Shown here: in pieces, positions 11,306 through 24,520 of the stretch
How the letters are laid out: every line of letters begins with the position of its first letter
How positions within the stretch are numbered: position 1 is the first letter of the stretch
From: Octopus sinensis
Taxonomy: Eukaryota
Reading direction: 5' to 3'
NCBI RefSeq assembly: GCF_006345805.1
Contig: NC_043011.1
Span: 27,974,464 to 28,038,463 of the forward strand
Length of the DNA: 64,000 bases
Notes under the pieces: generated by a model
Database searches by the model: none
What the model was told of the DNA's origin: nothing
What the model saw: only the letters and a program-made list of their open reading frames with translations
Program-made: the position numbers and the translations under genes

Positions 11306-13430
11306 TACATGTGTACATATACAGATAGATACACACATATATACATCCATATGCCTGTGTAAAATTCTATGTATAATGTACGACATAGGTACATGTATAA
11401 ACTTTATAAGTTTTATAAGTGAAATATAGAATATAACGTATAATACGTTAATTGTATTAATCGCTGTTAATATGAAGTTGAAAAATGTTAGAAGCAGTAA
11501 TAATAATAATAATAAATAAATAAAAATAATACTACTAATAATAATGAAAAAAGTCGAAATACTATAAATCTATTTATATGTATAGTCCAAAATGATAAAT
11601 AAACTATACCTATGAGAGTGTGTACATTTTATGGAAGTGATTGTTGTGTACCAAGAATTACGATAAGTATACGCATATATCATGTGTATATATATATATA
11701 TGAAACATTTATTGTATTTTTAGAATTACAACTCACAAATATACTGACCCTAAACCATATTTATTATCTGGCTAGTACTAAAATAACATCAACTCTTCGA
11801 TTCTTCGTAAACTGCTCCTGTATCATCGCTGTTGTGAATTGAAACACGTTTTCCTTAAACTTATACTTAACAATTTGTCTCTTCTCTATGTTAGTTGAAT
11901 ATCAAATTCCAGACGAACAGATTGAGAATACATGTAGAAATTGAAATAGTGTATTAGATATTCCCTCGTTTTCTGTAGATATAAAATCCAATATAACATT
12001 AACTGAACGCCGTTTAAAGATGGAGCGCATGAACTGAGTGAAATTCCATAACTATTTGTTGTATGTAAACAATCAAATAGAAGCATTTTTGTTGGCTCAC
12101 AAGAGACTGGGTTTTATTATTATGCGCAAATTTTATGAATGTGATGATGATCTGTGTCTGCTGGAGCGACAAGACCAAACACATATTTTCATAATGATCA
12201 TTAGTGGAATGTTAGGATTAAGTACGTCGCTTATTTGCATTCTAAGAGATTCCGGTTTAATGTTCTTAGTGCTAACCTAGCAGCGGGTAAATTCTTTAGT
12301 AACACCTCCACGCTATGTTAATATTGGTGCTCTCACGGGACACAGGGGACGGTGGAATGACCTTGGAAGTGACTAACACAGCACGGACGCAAACGAATGT
12401 TGCAATATGAAGAGGAGATCTAGATATGAGCTTTGAGAAAAGTCACAGACTAGGAAGATCGGAATAAGAAGGGAACCCAGATTCGAGATCAGAGGCAGAT
12501 GTAACCCTTAAGCTTGGGCAGCACTGCGATCGCGTAACGGAGGGAAACACCGACAGATAACCGCCCCCCATCATGTCTTGGAAGATGGACATTTGATTGA
12601 TCACCTTACACCGAAAAAAATATGCTTCTGACTATACACATTTTAATCACTCAGGAAAATCTACAACACCTTGGACACATAGTGTTCCTAACCTGGAAAG
12701 AGTTATTTAAAAATAACCTGACAGTGTATTGCATTCGATGCACTTATGAGTTATGAGTTGGGCAAGCAGAAAGGATGAGAGAGGGAGGAGGAAGAGAGAC
12801 AGATAGAGAAAGGACATAAGAGAAACAGATATAGAGAGATAAAGAGAGAGAGAGAAGGAAAGAGATGGGGTAGCGAAAAGAGAGAGAGAGAGAAGGAAAG
12901 AGATGGGGTAGCGAAAAGAGAGAGAGAGAGAGAGAGGTGATACGCCACCATTTACAAAAAGTCGATCTATAAGATTTGAAAGAAAATCGGGAGACTGACA
13001 CACTGAAGGGTTTCTGAAAATATACAAAAATGTATATTGAATTTCAATTTCTAAAGCAAATGAATTCAGGTTGTTACTAACAACATATAATATGCAGAAG
13101 ATTCATAGAATAAATGAAAAATAAATCAACCAAATATACATTTATTATATATATATATGTAAAAGATATTGAATATCGAAGGCATTAGAATGTCATGTAG
13201 GGAAAGGAAATATACTGCTCACAGATAGTCTCAACGATATCATTCGCTTAAGCTACATTTTACATTATTTTAGTTCGTGTATGTGTGTAAGTCTGCGTGT
13301 GTACTATGTGTGTATATATGCTTGTATGTACGTATGTATATTAAATATGCATAAAGACATATATGTTTCGAGCTTGTGTGCGAAAATCGCAAACGTACTT
13401 ACATGCATCTTACATAGATGTTTATCTGTC

Positions 13431-14118
13431 TATTGGGTCCAGTCATAAATAATTTCCGTTGTTTGGAAGTAAATTTTAACGACGCATTTCGAAATTCAGA
13501 AAACTGAAACGAAAACTACCGTTTATAAAAGAGCCACATCTGTCGTTCATATTTAGGCTGTGAAAGCATGCGCATCATCGTTTAATATTAAATTACACTC
13601 ACTGAAAATAGATGAAATGAAAATGTATATTAGTAATTTTTATTCTGTGTGAGTTTAAGAATGGAGAAAAAAACGTCACAGAAATAGCTAAGGAAATATG
13701 CAGTGTTTATAGCCAAGGTGTCAATACTGACCGGCAAATGCTAAATTAGTTTCCAAAGTTGCCTCCTGGAGGTTTGTCACTGAGAGATCAGCTCAATTCA
13801 GGAAGCTCATCCGACTTCGATCAAAATTCTCTAAGTGAATTAGTGGAATTCAATCCTCATTCCTTAAAAGTACTCAGGCTTTAGCAATTGACCTCAACAC
13901 ACCCCATTCCACCAGCTTCCGCCCCTTGAAAAAGATAGGAAAGTCAACAAACCGAGTGTTTGTGCTTGTAAAAAGCATAGGGAAGATCGCAGCCATAAGT
14001 TTTCTTCCAAGGCAGAGACATGGCCCGTTTCTCAATAATAATCATTACAGGTGGTGAAAAATGGATTTTTTATGGCAATGTTAAACGCAAAAGGCAGTGG
14101 ATTGACAAAGATAAATCT
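13431..14118 (+). mobile_element. Mariner-family DNA transposon relic (left TIR plus degraded N-terminal half of transposase)
   Basis: TIR-like TATTGGGTCCAGTCATAAATAATT at 13431; across frameshifts EFKNGEK.VTEIAKEICSVY...SLRDQLNSGSSSDFDQNSLSELVEFNP...IITGGEKWIFYGNVKRKRQW (mariner HTH and TGDEKW motif). Confidence 0.85.
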
Positions 14119-14134
14119 TCACAACCTACCTAAA

Positions 14135-14340
14135 TGCACCAACACCGGTTGTAACACGGTGATGGTGGACACACACATACACAAAGCCGCACACTCATAT
14201 ACGACAGGCTTCTTTCAGTTTCCGGCTACCTAATCCACTCAGAAGCCTTTGGTCGATCCAATACTATAGTAGACGAAACTCGCCCAATGTTCCATGCAGT
14301 GGGAATGAACCCACAACTATGGGGCTGAGAAGCAAACTTT
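14135..14340 (-). mobile_element. SINE family A, degraded, truncating the mariner relic
   Basis: cgacaggcttctttcagtttccggctacctaatccactc...gtgggaatgaaccc. Confidence 0.7.
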
Positions 14341-14881
14341 AAGTGTACCCTATTAAGCGCATACGCATGTTCAGGTTATTAAAAAGATGGCAATACGGAG
14401 ATTGCTGTATCGAAAACCTACTTGAAAATGCACAAATGGTTTACAATTGTTTCGCGGTTCACTCATCTCGAGAGGATTGCTTTATTATTTAGTAAAATAT
14501 GCGGCGATTAACATATGACTTGTCCTAGACAAACTACCAAAGATTGATTGGTCAGAATCGTTCATAAAGATTATATGCTCATCACCAGCCCTAATGTCAC
14601 CCTCCATCTAAATAAAATATCGTTTGAGTTGATCGGTCAAGAAGTATCGTGACTTGAAAAGAGACAAGCAATAATAAAGTAGAAAAGTAAAGAAATTTTG
14701 TTTTTAGACAATATAATATTATGGTCATCTTAACGGTTTCTTCTTTAAAGGTGAAATACTTCAAAGATTCTTTAGAGCTCTTGAGGAAGCTTTATACCAT
14801 CTGTCATAAAAACTTGCAACTTTTTATCTGCCACTGTACAGCAGTCTGCCGTAAAATGCCATTCTAGTAGTCGACAGATAG

Positions 14882-14918
<37 letters not shown>

Positions 14919-14959
14919 TATATATACATGCACACATACACACACAGACACACACACAC

Positions 14960-15000
<41 letters not shown>

Positions 15001-15005
<5 letters not shown>

Positions 15006-16335
15006 ATAATACAGTGATTGTTTCTTATCAGGAACAAAATGTTTAATAGGACTGCTATGGAAGTGCTCAATTAAATGAGACAAATATATTAAACTGTGGT
15101 TGCAGAACAAACAAATACAAGGTCATCCACGTAACATTTCATATCTCGAACATTTAATCATAGAATATACATGTATAACATCACGGACGATGAAACATAA
15201 CTCATCAGTACAAGCATATAAGAAAATGCGAGAAAGACGTGTGAATACAGTTCATCACGGTTAAAAGTTAATACTTTAGCGATTAAGAAATATATATATT
15301 TTTTTTAAAAACATTACAACACAGAATAATAAATACGAAAAAATATAAAGTAATATACAAATATATAGATATATAAAAATATATAAAAATACATATATAT
15401 AGGAAGCATATAAATAAGTAATATATAATATATAAGGTAAGAGAAAAGTTTATCGTTTAGAAATTTTTTTCTTTTTTTTTCTTAAAAATTACTTTTCAGA
15501 TAAGGGCATGGGCGATATCTTCTGAGATAGCAGCTTCTGGAAGGGATTGGTGTATTTTGAAAATTTCAAACGCTTAATTAAGTTCATCAGGTCCTGTTCA
15601 AACTTTGCAAGAGCTGGGTTGGACGGAGGATATCTATAGGTTTTAAGGTTAAAATTATTTTTCTCGCCGGGAAAGTTGGCTTCATTAGAACTGCTGTCAC
15701 TCTTCTTATTATTTTTCAAATCAAAGAAATAGGCTCGCCATCTTAGCCTGTTAATGAATTCCGTGGTTCGATGAATCAATGATTCCATGTATGCATTATT
15801 CGAGGATATGGGAATATTCTTTGTGGAAAAACCTAGACAGTGCTTATTCATTATGCAGCCTATATGAAGTGCTCAAAGAGCAAAAGTATCAATAATACAG
15901 TGATTGTTTCTTATCAGGAACAAAATGCCTTAATAGGACGGCTATATTTGTCTCATTTAATTTTTCTAAACAATGAACTTTTATCTTACCTTATATATAT
16001 TATATATTACTTATTTATATGCTTCCTATATATATATGTATTTTTGTATATTTTTATATATCTATATATTTATATATTACTTTATATTTTTACGTATTTA
16101 TTATTCTATGTGTTGTAATGTTTTTTTAAAAAAATATATTTCTTAATCGCTAAAGTATTAACTTTTAACCGTGATGAACTGTATTCACACATTTTTCTCG
16201 CATTTTCTTATATGCTTGTACTGATGAGTTATGTTTCATCTTCCGTATACATGTATATTCTATGATTAAATGTTCGAGATATGAAATGTTATGTGGATGA
16301 CCTTGTATTTGTTTGTTCTGCAACCATAGTTTAAT
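15001..16335 (-). mobile_element. Internally deleted Penelope-like element with pseudo-LTR in direct (58 bp) and inverted (~375 bp) copies
   Basis: 15002-15058 repeats at 15890-15948 (direct); 15087-15466 is the reverse complement of 15963-16335; encloses a PLE N-terminal ORF fragment. Confidence 0.78.
15489..15851 (-). pseudogene. N-terminal fragment of a Penelope-like ORF
   Basis: FSTKNIPIS..AYMESLIHRTTEFINRLRWRAYFF resembles the conserved PLE N-terminal 'S.KNIP...F..R.RW.A.FF' block; truncated. Confidence 0.75.
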
Positions 16336-17382
16336 ATATATATATATATATATATATATGTAAGGTAAAATTCCATATTAAATTTTCGCATGATGGCTTA
16401 TTCAGACACTGCAGAAAGATTTTCCTTTTGCTATTTAATTATCAAGAAAGAGGATGCAAAATTTACTTAAATAGGCATTTGTGCTTAGATTATGAACTAA
16501 AGTTGTTGCTCTTCCGATGAGATTTTAATGTAATTTCAGCAGACATCCGGTATGTAAATTCAAAGACAAAAAAAGAAAAAAGAAAAAGAAGTTCAAATGC
16601 AGAGACAGACTAAAGAAGAAGGAAAACTATCAAAATACAAAGATGAGTAAATAAACGTAAGTATCAGTAATTAATGATTAAATATTAATAAATGTAAAAT
16701 ATCGAAACAACTAAAGGTCAGCCATCGGTCATATGTGAAATGGGATTGCCAACGCACTGCGTCTATTAAAACTAGTTGAATTATAGAGTTGAAAATTTAT
16801 TTTCATATATAAGTTGATGTGTCAGGTACCTGTGAATGGAAGTTGTTTAAACATACAGGTTGTAAATCGCATATATACACACATATACACACATATACGA
16901 AGAGAACAACGTAACATTTATATTAGCACTTAAACACTTTAGTTTGACTGGAATTCAAAATGTATTAAACCTGCAGAACTTAAACTTAATTTCCTGGTGA
17001 AATTCTTTTATTTAGACTTTGTATGACGTTTTTTGAAGTCTCGTTTAGTACTTAGTATATGCCTCAAGGCTTATTGAACCAGTGAACAAATTTAAAGTTG
17101 CAGTCAAAATGGTATTTTATAAACAAAATTTACTCTACTTTCATCGTATGTTTCGCCTATGAAAGCCACACATAGCAATATAAGGCCTTATTGTTAAGAA
17201 TCATAGATATATTATACAGAGCTAGCACTCACTTGGAAATGATGGGTAATCGGGAAAGATCGGTCGGTTACTTCGAAATTTGCTTTGTATTATGTGCATC
17301 TGTACCATTTTAACACTAAGTGTCTCCGTTAGCCCGTCCGCTATTCTTAACCATACTCTCTCTCTCTCTCTCTCTCTTTCGT

Positions 17383-17462
<80 letters not shown>

Positions 17463-17699
17463 CATATATAGATAAATGTGTGTGTGTGCTGTGTACGTGT
17501 GTGTGTTGTGTACGTGTGTGTGTGTGTGTGCGTGTGCGCTTTAGGATTCACGATTAAGCATGCAGATTAACTATGTACAAGCGAGCAGACTTGTATCCTC
17601 ACTCTAGGCTCATTATTAATTTAGGTAAATGAAGTGTGGATTTTAGACTGTACATGCAAAAGAAACTACCTGGCAATTTGAAATATCCGAGGTTGCATG

Positions 17700-17895
17700 C
17701 AGGCAGAATCGTTAGTACGCCGGGCAAAATCATAGCGGCATTTCGTCCGTCTTCATGTTCTGAGTTCAAATGCCTTCGAGGTTTTGTTTACCATCTATCC
17801 TTTCGGAGTCGATAAAATCGATAACAATCTATCACTGAGGTCGATATAATCGACTTAATCCTCTCCCCTCATCATACAGGCATGTTGCCATAATT
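17700..17895 (+). mobile_element. SINE family B, degraded
   Basis: ggcagaatcgttagtacgccgggcaaaatcatagcggcatttcgtcc...gaggtcgatataatcgacttaatcc. Confidence 0.75.
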
Positions 17896-20017
17896 TGAAA
17901 CTAATATTTGAAGTATCGAATATAGTTGTATTTTTTAGAGCGAGTGTCTAATACGAATTATGGTTAACTCTATCCATTACGAAGCTGGAAATTTTGTTGT
18001 TCTATTGTGGGTTATCGTTTATGATTTGAGAATCGAAAAGTGTGTCACAGCATTTTATTGCCAGTGCGGAAAATTTTCAATTTCTTGTCTATTTAATTAG
18101 ACTTGACAGTTAATTTTAGGTCATTCTTGCTCACCAAGAATTTTTATTAGGTTTCGTTCTATCAGTTCCTGATTTTGTTCTGGCATCACTAAAATAAATA
18201 TACTGATGGGTTGTGCGTGCTTGTTCCTGTGTGTGTGTGTGTGTCTATGCGCGCGCGCGCGTGCGTAGGTGTGCGCGCGCGTGTGTAGGTGTGCGCGCGC
18301 GTGCGTAGGTGTGCGCGCGCGTGCGTAGTGTGCGCGCGCGTGCTTATTCTTGTTTGTGTGCGTGCTTGTTCTTTCTTGTGCTTTTGTGCGTGTGTGTGTG
18401 TGTGTGTGTGTGCATGTTTGTACCTCTGTATTATTTCTACATTCCACAAAATATAAATAAAAATAAAACAGAACAGATACACACACATACACAGAAGAAC
18501 AAGCACGCACGCACACACACACACACACACACACAGGAACAAGCACGCACGCACGCACAATCCATTAGCTTTCTCTTCCCAACTGACAATTGACAAGACA
18601 ACAGGTGGTCACGGAAATGACCGATTCCATGTTTACATTATTTCGAGTTAAAACGAATGATCGCTCAAAAACAATTCCGATGATTTACTGGAACTCTACT
18701 AAAGATGAGGTCAGGAGTGAACATTGCTAAGTGCCATACTTCAGTTACGGAAAACATTCATAGATCTACACCGAAGGATAGCTCACACTGTTATTATGAA
18801 TTTAAGAGTCCAATGAACTCCCAGTATTGTTCGAGCGTCAGACAAAGTGCTCTGCGATATTTATCGATAGCTAGTGTAAGACCAGAGATTAAATTGTCCA
18901 ATATCTTCATCTTTCCTTTACATGCATCAATCAAATATAGTAAGCCACAAGTAATATGTCTTTAGAGACAACTATGTCCTTCCCAAGAGTGGTGGCCTTG
19001 AGCTAATATTAAAAATCAATATGCATCAATTCGCATCAATTGATTTCAAAACACATTATGTTAATATAATTATCAAACACAGGTAGGTGATCGATATTGA
19101 CCACGATGTAAATATATGTGGATGGAATAAATAAACATTTATATTTCCGTTGTAGACATAAATATTTCAGAATACTAGTTTAGCAGATGCCATTTACTCA
19201 CAACGAACATCTCCAGCGACATTAAATTGGCTCTTATAAACTTAATACAGACTTAACAAGTATATTTTGTGTAGCGTGTATTAATGCGATAATCTCAGGC
19301 GTATTTCTGTGTGTTTATGCCTATTACAATATATTCAAGTAGAATATTCTCACACACACGCTAAATATTTGCAATATGTTGTCCTTTGCCTTATAATAAC
19401 TTGAGTTGGGTATATCGATTTCCGATCAACAAGCCTAACTGAATTTCAGTATCAGGTGCAGAAAAATCTTGATGTCGAGGGAAAGATAATATCATACGAA
19501 GTATCTGTTTCACTTTTCTAATCTTTGGAGCCTATAATAGCAAAATAAAGTCGGAAATATTACGAAGTATTACTGAAGCCAACTCTTAAATTGGCAATAG
19601 TGAGTATGAAACATGTTACTGCATACACCACAGTACGTCTAGAATTTATTCGGTTGTATATATACACACACCCACACATAGCAGACATACAAAATATTAA
19701 TATATACGTAGGCATGCATACTGTGTTTCAATTGATACTTATGATTTAATGACCGTGAGGAGGAACTTATTTAATAGAGGAGAATACTGTAATGTAGATA
19801 TATTATTCATAAATGATAAGCTTGAATCTACATTTTACATATAGGACTTGGTCGTTTACAGAGGGGATTACTGAACTATAGGTAATAATTTAACGGAGTG
19901 AAATCTAAAGTTAGTATGTATAGACCTTATCCTTGCATTTCATATATTTTCACGTAATGTTATTACAACTACATATATAATACTAAGGAAATAATTAGAT
20001 GTCCCCTTATAAGTACG

Positions 20018-20181
20018 GGCACTAGAGACGCTTGGTAAGAAGCTTGCTTATGAACCACATGATTCCGGGTTCAGTCCCACTGTGTGATAACTTGGGCAAA
20101 TGCCTTCTATTAAAGGTCTCGAGCTGACCAGAATCTTGTGAGCGGATTTAGTAGGCGGAAACTGAAAGAAGCCCGTCGTAT

Positions 20182-20247
<66 letters not shown>

Positions 20248-20465
20248 GTGTGTCTGTGTTTGTCCCTCCACCGTCAGTTGACAACCGGTGTTAGTGTGTT
20301 TACGCCCCCATGACTAAGAGTTTCTGCAAAAGATATCTATAGAATAAGCAGTAGACTTCAAAACAAATAGTCCTTAGGTCGATTTGTTCGAATAAAACCG
20401 TCCAAGGTGATGCCCCAGCATGACCGCAGTCATCACTGAAACAAGGAAAAGATAAAACAGAAAAG
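20018..20465 (+). mobile_element. SINE family A
   Basis: ggtaagaagcttgcttatgaaccacatgattccgggttcagtcccactg...ccagcatgaccgcagtc. Confidence 0.8.
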
Positions 20466-21056
20466 TCAACATCTGACAAGGAAAATAATTCGATAAAAGT
20501 GCATTTCACTAAAATAATGCACCAGATTTTGACAACAGATACTGTTCACCATCCAACGAAAGCAGCACACTTCCCATACAATATAATCAAACGACGTTAC
20601 TACAGTGTAATCTGGTTACTCTCTCCGTTGAGTTTGATATGTGAAATTCGATATTGCGAACAATTTACCAATTGTTGTATCTTAATACTTGTTACATTAG
20701 TATAACATATGTCATAAAATTCTTAGTAATAAATGCATTCCATATTCAAGTTTGTTTGCTATGGTCACATAAATCCGATACTTACTTAGGACCATTAAAC
20801 GTCACTCATCTCTGACGCCGAAACATGAAACTTGAAACACTGGAAATTTTTTATTCATGTGTGTGTATTTATGTATGCATATATGCTGAATTATAGAGTG
20901 CATGTATACATGTATATATATTCAATTGATAAGAAGACAAAGAAAGTTACAATTCTTTCTGTATCAACAATCTTTGCAACGTCAGTTCGCACAAAAGTTC
21001 GAAATGAAAATTTACGTAATGTTTGCGGTTTTAGACATTAAGGAGGCACTACATCG

Positions 21057-21102
<46 letters not shown>

Positions 21103-21442
21103 TTGAGGTTATAAGAGGTGATGGTGTCATTACCTTTGACTCTGCAACACTGTGTATAAATTCTGTACTTGGAATGACCAAGTTTAAATAATGCTGATTT
21201 CACTCATATGGTATTGGAATCTTACATTGTGTATAAACTCTATATTTGGAAGGGCCCATTTTAAATACTGTTGGATTTTACTCATAAGGTATTGGAATCT
21301 TACATATATATCATTATACCTAAAAATTGGATCTACAACTTCAATATCTCTACATGTCTTACATCTATTTTCTTTCCTTCACATCACTCTCTATTTTGTG
21401 TCCTATCTAAACTAACTATTACTTAACCATCCTCTCACACCA

Positions 21443-21492
21443 TCTCCGATGAAGGGATATAATTAATAAATATCCTGGAAACAGCTGTAAGA
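21443..21492 (+). ncRNA. Decayed type I hammerhead motif (U4 to C)
   Basis: UCU-CCGAUGA-A-GGGAUAU-(loop)-AUAUCCU-G-GAAA-CAGCUG-UA-AGA; palindromic stem III ACAGCUGU, GUA triplet, 3-bp stem I. Confidence 0.55.
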
Positions 21493-22133
21493 CCTTCTAT
21501 CAATAAATGTTCTAATATCTACACAGCCTTGGCTATTTATCTTATTACGCAAAAAATTCATATGTAAAGATATATATATATATGTCAGGCCTGAAATTGT
21601 AGACGGTAACAGTTGCTGAAATGCGGAATAACATTTGTATATAATTACACATACATGATGCACGTACATCTGTGAGAGTGTGTAAATTTGTATAAATGTA
21701 TATGCATACGCTAATAAACGTGCTCAAAAGTGTTTAAATGTATCTATGCAACAGACTGTTCTTAAGAAGCGCTGTCTTGTATTTATATTGTGGTTCTCCA
21801 ATTCCCGTGATCAGTAATTGGAAAAACGAAAATATATGGATAAAACTAAGTTCCAGACTGATATATGTAACGAGGTCGATGTCAGAAGCAAATATTTTGA
21901 ATGTAGTTCCCCATTACGGCTGCTAGCGCCGCAGGCAGCGAACACTTTCATATATGCACACTGCATACATACATATATATATATATTATATATAAATATT
22001 ATATGTATATTATACATACATGCCAGAGGCATTATAATACAGCCAACCGCTAAGAGGGACATCAGTCATTTCTACCAAAAATATTACTAATCCCACCGAA
22101 TGCAATTTTTCAAAGTAATACATTTAAAAATAT

Positions 22134-22179
22134 AGGCCTGTATCACAGTGATTTCTACTACGTAATCATCAGCAGGCCT
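22134..22179 (-). ncRNA. Type I hammerhead (array 2, inverted copy)
   Basis: Minus strand AGGCCUG-CUGAUGA-UUACGUAGUA-GAAA-UCACUGUGA-UA-CAGGCCU; stem II is 2 nt shorter than in the forward copies. Confidence 0.75.
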
Positions 22180-22670
22180 GAATGTATTATATAAAACAGA
22201 CGACCCTGCTCGCTAAGCCGAACAGCCGCTAACTGATCAACATCAAACGAAATCACATGGGTGAGTTTATATATATTACATCCGGGGAATGGCAAACTTT
22301 TACAAAATTGCATTTCGGGAGAGGAAAATTTTTTCGGAATAAAAATTTGCAATTAGGACAACTACTTAATAGGAAAACTTACAAGAAATTAATATGTTCA
22401 ATAAGAAATAATTATTTTCGAAATTTTTCGTCTTATGAGTTTTTTTACGCTATCTACCTGACAATCTTGTTAAGTTTTCCTTATTAAGTAGTTGTCCTTA
22501 ATTGCAAAATTTTTATTCCGAAAAACTTTTCCTCTCCCGAAATGCAATTTTGTAAAAGTTTGCCATTCACCCGATTAATATATATAAACTCACCCATGTG
22601 CTTCGTTGATGTTGATCAGTTAGCTGTTCGGCTTAAGCGAGGCAGGGTCGTTGTTTATTTAAATACATTC

Positions 22671-22717
22671 AGGCTGCTGATGATTACGTAAGTATGAAAT
22701 CACTGTGATACAGGCCT
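22671..22717 (+). ncRNA. Type I hammerhead (array 2, copy 1), predicted cleavage after 22710
   Basis: Core 22677-22683, GAAA 22696-22699, AUA triplet; stem I 5' strand lacks one C. Confidence 0.78.
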
Positions 22718-23146
22718 ATAGTTTTAAATGTCTTACTTTGAAAATTGCATTCGTGGGATTAGTAATATTTTTGGTAGAAATGACTGATGTCCCTCTTAGC
22801 GTTTGGCATGTTATATAATGCCTCCTGCATGTATATATTATGCCGCTGCAGTAATCTATAATTATATATAAATTAAATGTTCATAGAAATATTTTTTCGA
22901 AATTTTTTCTCTATGAAGTTTTTTACGCTATCTACCTGACAATTTCTTGTTAAGTTTCCTATTAGTAGTTGTCCTAATTGCAAAATTTTTTTCCGAAAAA
23001 CTTTTCCTCTCCCGAAATGCAATTTTGTAAAAGTTTGCCATTCACCCGGATGTAATATATATAAACTCACCCATGTGCTTCGTTGATGTTGATCAGTTAG
23101 CTGTTCGGCTTAACGAGGCAGGTCGTTGTTTATTTATAATACATTC

Positions 23147-23193
23147 AGCCTGCTGATGATTACGTAAGTATGAAATCACTGTGATACAGGCCT
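23147..23193 (+). ncRNA. Type I hammerhead (array 2, copy 2), predicted cleavage after 23186
   Basis: GCCUG-CUGAUGA-UUACGUAAGUAU-GAAA-UCACUGUGA-UA-CAGGC. Confidence 0.8.
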
Positions 23194-23626
23194 ATATTTT
23201 TTAAATGTCTTACTTTGAAAATTTGCATTCGGTGGGATTAGTAATATTTTTGGTAGAAATGACTGATTGTCCCTCTTAGCGTTTGGCATGTTATATAATG
23301 CCTCCTGGCATGTATGTATAATTATGCCCTCTATATATAAATTAATAGTTCAATAAGAAATAATTATTTTCGAAATTTTTTCTCTTATGAGTTTTTACGC
23401 TATCTACCTGACAATTTCTTGTTAAGTTTTCCTTATTAAGTAGTTGTCCTTAATTGCAAAATTTTTATTCCGAAAAAACGTTTCCTCTCCCGAAATGCAA
23501 TTTTGTAAAAGTTTGCCATTCACCGGATGTAATATATATAACAAACTCACCCATGTGCTTCGTTGATGTTGATCAGTTAGCTGTTCGCTTAAGCGAGGCA
23601 GGGTCGTTGTTTATTTTAATACATTC

Positions 23627-23674
23627 AGGCCTGCTGATGATTACGTAAGTATGAAATCACTGTGATACAGGCCT
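23627..23674 (+). ncRNA. Type I hammerhead (array 2, copy 3), predicted cleavage after 23667 (AUA)
   Basis: 7-bp stem I AGGCCUG/CAGGCCU; CUGAUGA; stem II UAC-GUAA-GUA (GNRA loop) with U.U at 10.1-11.1; GAAA; stem III AUCAC-U-GUGAU (near-palindrome). Confidence 0.85.
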
Positions 23675-23941
23675 ATATTTTTAAAGTCTTACTTTGAAAA
23701 TTGCATTCGGGTGGATTAGTAAGATTTTGGTAGAAATGACTGATTGTCCCTCTTAGCGTTTGGCATTATATATAATGCCTCCTGGCATTATGTATATTAT
23801 GCCCTCTATATATAAATTAATATGTTCATAAGAAATAATTATTTTCGAAATTTTTTCTCTTATGAGGTTTTTACGCTATCTACCTGACATTTCTTGTTAA
23901 GTTTTCCTTATTAAGTAGTTGTCCTTATTTTTGCAAACTTT

Positions 23942-24418
23942 TATATATATATATGTATATATATATACATACATACATATATATACACATATTCATATAT
24001 ATCTATATATATATATATATATTATATATGTATATTATATTATATATATATGTACATATATATATATATGTACATATGTATATATATATATATATTCAAT
24101 GTATATATATATATATGTATGTACATATGTATGTATATATATATATATTAATATATAATATATATATAAATATATATATATACACACCATTTATATGCGT
24201 GCATGTATATAATGCATATACATATATATATAATAATAACATATAATACTATAATATATATTCAATATATATATATATATCTAATTGCCTATATATATAA
24301 TATTATGTAATCTATATATATATTATATATATATATAATAAATATACATATAAATATATATTATTATTAATAAAATATTATATATATAATATACATATAT
24401 ATAATATATATATGTATG

Positions 24419-24451
<33 letters not shown>

Positions 24452-24520
24452 TATATATATATATATATAATATATATCTATATATATACATATATATATA
24501 TATATACATATATCTATGTA
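23942..24520. repeat. Long imperfect (TA)n/(TACA)n tract
   Basis: Seen directly. Confidence 0.95.

Larger units (their letters stand above)
22014..23942 (+). mobile_element. Retrozyme-like tandem array 2: ~3.2 forward copies (22388-23942) of a ~476-481-nt unit preceded by an inverted partial copy (22014-22390)
   Basis: HHR cores at 22677, 23153 and 23634 (+) and 22166-22172 (-); units differ mainly by single-base indels; ends in a long TA-rich tract. Confidence 0.88.

Noticed and set aside
12300-12600. GC-richer island, possible solo LTR
   Set aside because: No paired repeat, TG..CA ends with TSD, or PBS could be identified
18205-18565. Imperfect inverted repeats around (GC)n/(GT)n tracts
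   Set aside because: Mostly complementary microsatellite; unique pairing is short and no TSD is seen
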